DNA of 54,548 nucleotides, counting the filler, from Catajapyx aquilonaris (lineage: Eukaryota): assembly GCA_000934665.2 (NCBI GenBank). It is 2 parts of 2 records of this genome, joined end to end, with 100 filler letters (N's around TTAATTAATTAA, not from the genome) between each part and the next. Parts side by side here need not be neighbours in the genome. Positions count along the whole stretch, not along the records: positions 27,283 to 54,548 come from JYFJ02005097.1; 1 more part is not named here. One strand, written 5' to 3'. The notes beneath the pieces were generated by a model. That model had not been told where the DNA came from. It searched no databases and saw only the letters and a program-made list of their open reading frames with translations. This document shows positions 48,388-54,548 of this stretch, one piece after another. Positions within the stretch are counted from its first letter, which is position 1. Each line of letters begins with the position of its first letter. Position numbers and translations under genes: made by a program.

Positions 48388-50721
48388 GGAGCTGCTCTAC
48401 ATCAATAATGAATTGATTTAATGATCAAGCGAGTTAAAATAAGTGTCGATTTCACTGCATGTGTATGACCATCCACTACTGTGTAGATATTTGGAAGTTG
48501 TTAATTTTTTGTTCGAAAAAATCTTATTTCTCTGATCAGTTTGGCTCAATTTTGTTTTAAGAATCCTTTCCTTATCATTTCCCGCATTTTGCGAACACCC
48601 AGTTTATTTCAGGAATTTTTATAACTTCTTTTTTTTGTTGTTGTTGAACCTTTTAAAATCACACTGATATGTAACAGGATGATTCGTAATAAGAGTTTTC
48701 TACTATTTTTATGAAACCATTTCTTAAGTTTTTAAAATGATGGTAGATATTTCCCGAGATATGTCCAATTTAATATTTCAGGTGCCTATATCAGATATAA
48801 TGATAAGTGCGGAATGATAAGGTATGAACATAATACGTATATTCTTGCTTGATATCCGAAACGCATTACAAGTTTGAGAAACATGATTAGTGAAAGTCTA
48901 TCAGAAATGAAAGTTAGTTTCATGGTATCATCTTTTAAAGGCTTTTAATTTGCCATAGTACACATTGCGACATTAATTGAAATAAGCCGCAAAAAAAACA
49001 GCTTCAGGCAATCTGGAAAGTTCCTAATAGGATTTTTTCCCGAGGTAGTGTACATTTTGCAAATGCGAAACCAGTATGTAAACAGGAAGTATTGCAAATT
49101 CTGTTAGCTTGGCATGCGACTCGGAGGGACATCCATTAGTAGGGTCTTTTCAGCCTGTTTTTGAATCGATTTACATCCCCAGTGTGCACGTAACCTATTT
49201 GAGAGCAGATAAAAAGTACAGGATTTGTATCTATTGACTTTACGCCATATGTTTACTCAAAGTCCTGGTATGAAACACGCCAGAACATCCTGGGAAATTA
49301 CGCTCGGAGGATACGGACACAAATTGACGCATTTGCGAGGTAAACACGAAAAGGCATGCCAACCAGCTGCCTCCTATCACGCACTCTGATTAGAACGGTG
49401 GTTTTCATGATTGCCCAGCTTGTGATGAACAATGTGTGTTGCTGCCCCCATTCCGCTCAGTTTCAAATGACACCGGATTAAAATTTGCAGAATTCTATAA
49501 ATCCATACAAACGAACTGTGAGGTGAGGCAGAAATTATTGCCTTTTCACACGGCTTTTTGCACTGACGGCCTGTCGTCACCCAGGCTTTTCCACACTTCT
49601 CTCTCTCTCTCTGGCAACAATACAGCTGTACTAGCACAGAAAATCAAAATAATCTCTCTGCTGGAGCTTCTGCATCGCACCGGTGCACTTAATTAAATCC
49701 TTCTAGCTGGTGCAGATAGGGTAATCTTGCAGGCGATTCTGCGCAGCTGGACTTGCAGAGTGGGTTAGATTGCTAGAAGGGTGAGGTATCTCTTGCTACT
49801 TGTCCTTATTCCAACTCTGAAAAGCAAAGTACCCTTTCCATTCAAGGAAGGCTCGAAGAACGTTGAATAGGGGCAGAGGAGTAGGGGNAGTAGGGGAAGG
49901 GGGGGGGGGCAAGATGAAGGAGGGGACGGACATGAAAGTTGGTCCTTGTAAAGGTGGCCTCTTGGGAAGAAAAGGAGAGGAATTGGAGCGAGAAAGAAGA
50001 AGATGCCTACTGGAGGTGTTAGGCACACACACAAAAAAAAAAACCTGGTGAAGGATGTATGAGATTTGACTCCAATGGCTGCCCATTAGAGGGTCTGAAG
50101 ATTGTGGGGAGAAGAAGAGGTCAGTTGCTAAGAGCCTCTCTTACCTAAATTGGAGTAGTCGATTTATATTTCACTTGGTCTATGAGCTGCAGTTACCCGA
50201 GCCAATCTTGACCTTTCAGACCCCAAGTATAGGCACGACCTCGTTTCCTGTTTAGAGCCATGTTAGGTACAGTTGCACAGGAGTTTGGGAGTGCTCTTCA
50301 CATGCATTATTTATGGCGGGAAAGTCATGTATATAGTAGGTCGACTACTACTAAGCGGCAGAGAAAATAACAGAGGCTGTTGCAAGAGTGGAGCATGGAG
50401 ACGGTTGCAAATTCTAACGCGTAGTTTTCGTCAAGAAATGTCCTCTGAATCATAAAATAAAGGCTGAGTTCCTCTCGTGTGCGGCGGCGGAAATGTGTTT
50501 GTTGACGGCTTCAAGGGAAATGTATGTGTGCCGTCCTCATTTCGATCTAAGCACAATTTTTATGATATAAAAACGAATTTCATCCGGTTTAATAATCCGG
50601 AGAAAGCTATTCGTTATGCATTATAATGTCTTTTTCGACTATACTTTTCATATATTACGTAGTTTAAAATGTTTTGATTTCATTGAATGGTGCAATGCAG
50701 TGTGTGGTAATAGTTCAGGGT

Positions 50722-50897
50722 TCAAGCGCTATCTTTCTCCATACATTTTGCTATGGAACAAGCATTGCTGATTATGGTGATTCCACCCACCAAGAAGCTG
50801 ACCACAGATGTTTATGGTCAGCTTCTTGGTGGGTGGAATCACCATAATCAGCAATGCTTGTTCCAAAGCAAAATGTATGGAGAAAGATAGCGCTTGA
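50722..50897. mobile_element. Near-perfect palindromic MITE-like element
   Basis: TCAAGCGCTATCTTTCTCCATACATTTTGCT..AAGAAGCTGACCA / TGGTCAGCTTCTT..AGCAAAATGTATGGAGAAAGATAGCGCTTGA; ~80-bp arms with about one mismatch. Confidence 0.85.
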
Positions 50898-52486
50898 TTG
50901 AGACTACTTTTCGACAATATTGTCAGTATCACGTCGTGCAGACAAGGTTTGTTTTATAGTTCCCATAATTCTCATCTAACTTGTTCTCTCAAAATACTCA
51001 AATGGGCATCGTACAATAATTATTATGGCCGTCCATTTATTATTTTAGCCAGTATCACAATGTGATCCGCCAAGGCATAAAGTTATATCCCTCCCAAAAA
51101 ACAGAATATAACAGAGTTACTTAATGAATAAGTTATGACCAATTACTGACCTGCACTCTCACTGCCATGAAATACGCCAAGCTTAATCTACACGTCATAA
51201 TTATGTTGTGATTAATATAATTGTGGCCATTACACAGGAGTTACTGCGTGCTTTTGACATGGCCATAACTTTAACCCAAATGGCTGGGTAGGTAGACTGA
51301 GCTACCCAGTGACGTCATCGACAACCTGAAAGGACCCTACTAGCTACTACATAGTACCATAACTAAAGCAGTTGCTTATAAAAAGGTGATAGAGAGTAGA
51401 AGTCAATGAGCAAGCTGTTCTAAGGTACTGTGCTGTAAGGTTCTAACTATATAGTAACCTTATTTCTCCCAGAAAAAAAAAAACATTGGCACGAACCTTA
51501 GTTATTCTGTTTGTGATCACAAAGAATAATTTTTAAAAAGTATTGACAAATATCAGGAGAGCCACCTCATTTATTGCTTTAGATAACATATAATATTAGT
51601 TTCAAATGGAAAATCTGGAAATCGGATTGGACAGATTAATAAAACATTATTTTAAAGAATTCACAGCACGCACTTTCCGATGATGGGAGGGTGAAATGAT
51701 GACGCTTAGGCATTTCAGTCTCATATGCTTAAAACCGTATTCATTGACTCGCTGCAATGAATTCATTGCATCTACATAATTAATTAGTATACGCAAAGGT
51801 GCTCTATGGGTTTTTTGGGGGCTTTTGTTACAGTTTTACATCCAGGAAATAACTCGGGAAATAATTATGTGCTGTAATGTATCAATATCAGGTGCAATGG
51901 AAATGGGCAAAATAGTCTACTAATTACACTGTGCAGAACATTGTGATTAATGTTGTAATGCTGACAAATATAGAGAAGCTCAAATAATTACGAAAAAGCT
52001 TTTCCTACGGCTTAAACATGCAACCATAATTTTACTAATCACATTTTACTCATACTTAGTCTACCAATATGTTATCCATAGCCGAGGATTAAATTCCGAT
52101 TAAACCTTGGCACTGGAATTTTCAGATCATTTTTATTTCGATTAATTTTTTGCCGTATATTATGCTGTCACTCCCTTCATGAAAATGAAACATTTCTTAA
52201 TGAATCACACTCATTTAAGGCTGAATTCTAATATTTAAAAATTCAGTCGTAAATGACGGATTTGTCTTAAACTCGAGCAATGCGGTAGTTGAATGCCTAG
52301 AAACTATTCACTGATGAAACGCAGCCGTTTTCGAGTTCAATAATTATTGAAGCCATCTATTTTGGAACAGTCGAAGGTTGACAGGAGGGGGTTAGCATTC
52401 TTTGAATCGAGCCTCTTCCTACCAGCTCATCGGCCGGTGGCAAAGTGTCAGAAAATTACAATTTCTTGACAAAATTTATGATTCGG

Positions 52487-52615
52487 AACGCACGCGCCCA
52501 CGGATGTTAAGATCCTGGGTTCGATCCCAGCCCGCGGTTCATCTCGTGCAGAGTTGGGCCATCTCTGGCTTCGTCTTGGGTGGAAATTTCCGCTAGACTA
52601 ATCCACCCGGGGGAG
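52487..52615 (+). mobile_element. tRNA-derived SINE (family A), 5'-truncated copy
   Basis: B box GGTTCGATCCC followed by GTGCAGAGTTGGGCCATCTCTG, as at 14225-14360. Confidence 0.7.
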
Positions 52616-53550
52616 TTCACAAAATGACCAATATACGACATTGCACTTGCACTTTGCACATCCCCTCCTACTTACCCTTGGTACATCAAGTGTATGGTTC
52701 CAAACAAATGGTGGTATCCCACTCCCCCAATAAGGGCCCAAGGTCCGAGAACGGGGTACAATTAAAAATAAAAAATACAAAAGTTAAGTGTAAGCGAAAG
52801 TAGATCAAATATTTAATCAAAAGAAAAATGGACTCTTTTCAAGTTCACGAAAGCAGATTGAGCAAAGTGACAGTGGTCCATGCCATTCAGAAACGCGCAA
52901 ATAATTATGCCATACAAATAATTACGTAAATCGGGGACTGACCTTGCTTAGTAAGGGTGGAGAGAATAGCATTTTTTTCCCCCAAACACATTATATTTCA
53001 CCACGCTTGAAAAGTTGTAGGCCCTACATCACAGGACACAGATATTGGTTAAAGAAGGACAATAGCAGCATTTGATAGAGGAAGTTATGGTTGAAAACAT
53101 TACAGTAATGTTTTGGCCGCATGATGCACGTCTTCATACGTATTATTAGCTACATCTTGCATCATAGCCAGTTCTTTTGTCTTTTGCTTAATTGGCCGCA
53201 TAAAAGTACTTGTAGTTTCGTTATTATGAAACCACATATTGCAGACTAGCACTAATTGAAAAACTAGTCACACAACACATTATACTACTGGCTAATAATG
53301 GTGTTTTCGTTCATTATACTGTAATCATCAACTTGCATGAATGAAGTCTTTGTCGAAAAAAGAACCAATGTCAAAAAGTAAGGAAATTTTAAATATATTT
53401 TACATTCCGTATAATTTGTAAGAAATATACGGTACATATTATAGGATCCATCTGACATAACGTAGAATATGTAGTTTGTATGAAAAATTGCAATATTTAC
53501 TCGTAAACTTAACCGAAATTACCAAATATTTATTTTCACTACTAAATCTT

Positions 53551-53967
<417 letters not shown>

Positions 53968-54548
53968 TTTCACTACTAAATCTTCTGGTCTCAGCCTAAA
54001 TATAAAATTAGCACATAATGATCATTTTCATCAACACATTCTTGATTCATTACGTGAACTTCTGCTATAGGCCTACATATGAAAACTGTTTCATGAAGTT
54101 GTTGACGGTTTTCGTGAAGACTCAGCAGCACTCCCCTCCCTTCATGAATTACACACTCCCATATTGCGCCAAGTTAACATAATCCATATATGCCATAGAA
54201 ATGACAACCCCTTTGCATTAAAATTGTTTGCTTTATTTAAATTCTTTAACGTGTTCTTCCTTGCCAATCATTGTTGATTTTGGATAATTGTGTATTTATA
54301 TATCTGCATTTAGTGCTACAATTTTTGAATGCAAATTTTTATAGTAGGTACACTGGTAAGGTTAAGGCAGAATTTTGCAGGAAATTGTTTTTCTATGTTC
54401 GCCTCTCGCACTCTATTATGACACTGGCGTATGTTGTATTGGTGTCATTAGTCATTTTAGTTAGACCCGCTCGAAGTTGTTATTTTTGCATAGCATTTTT
54501 CGACCCCAGTCCGAGGTCACGTGGCGTAGGCAGGGGGGGGGGCCCGGG

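Overview
Eukaryotic, insect-like genomic DNA with spliceosomal introns and dense MITE/SINE content. It consists of two pieces joined at 27183-27282 by a 100-bp artificial spacer (44 N + TTAATTAATTAA + 44 N), so adjacency across the middle is not established. The left piece carries two minus-strand multi-exon genes that I assembled by hand with consistent splice phases. One is an uninterrupted (>=1289 codons, >=18 exons) but very divergent condensin I Cap-D2/NCAPD2-like gene (25348->10581, last exon unresolved). The other is a short RBBP6/SNAMA/Mpe1-like gene (5841->200) encoding DWNN + zinc knuckle and apparently stopping before the RING finger. Their introns are filled with nested Tc1/mariner-, hAT- and other fold-back elements. 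The right piece has no convincing protein gene. It holds a ~3.5-kb tandem duplication family (six copies of a core resembling a decayed THAP domain), a tRNA-Leu pseudogene with an altered anticodon, tRNA-derived SINEs, palindromic MITEs and a repeat-poor non-coding block. Family assignments rest on remembered sequences, not database searches. No new biological system can be demonstrated; the best candidates for novelty are the two divergent or truncated paralogs.
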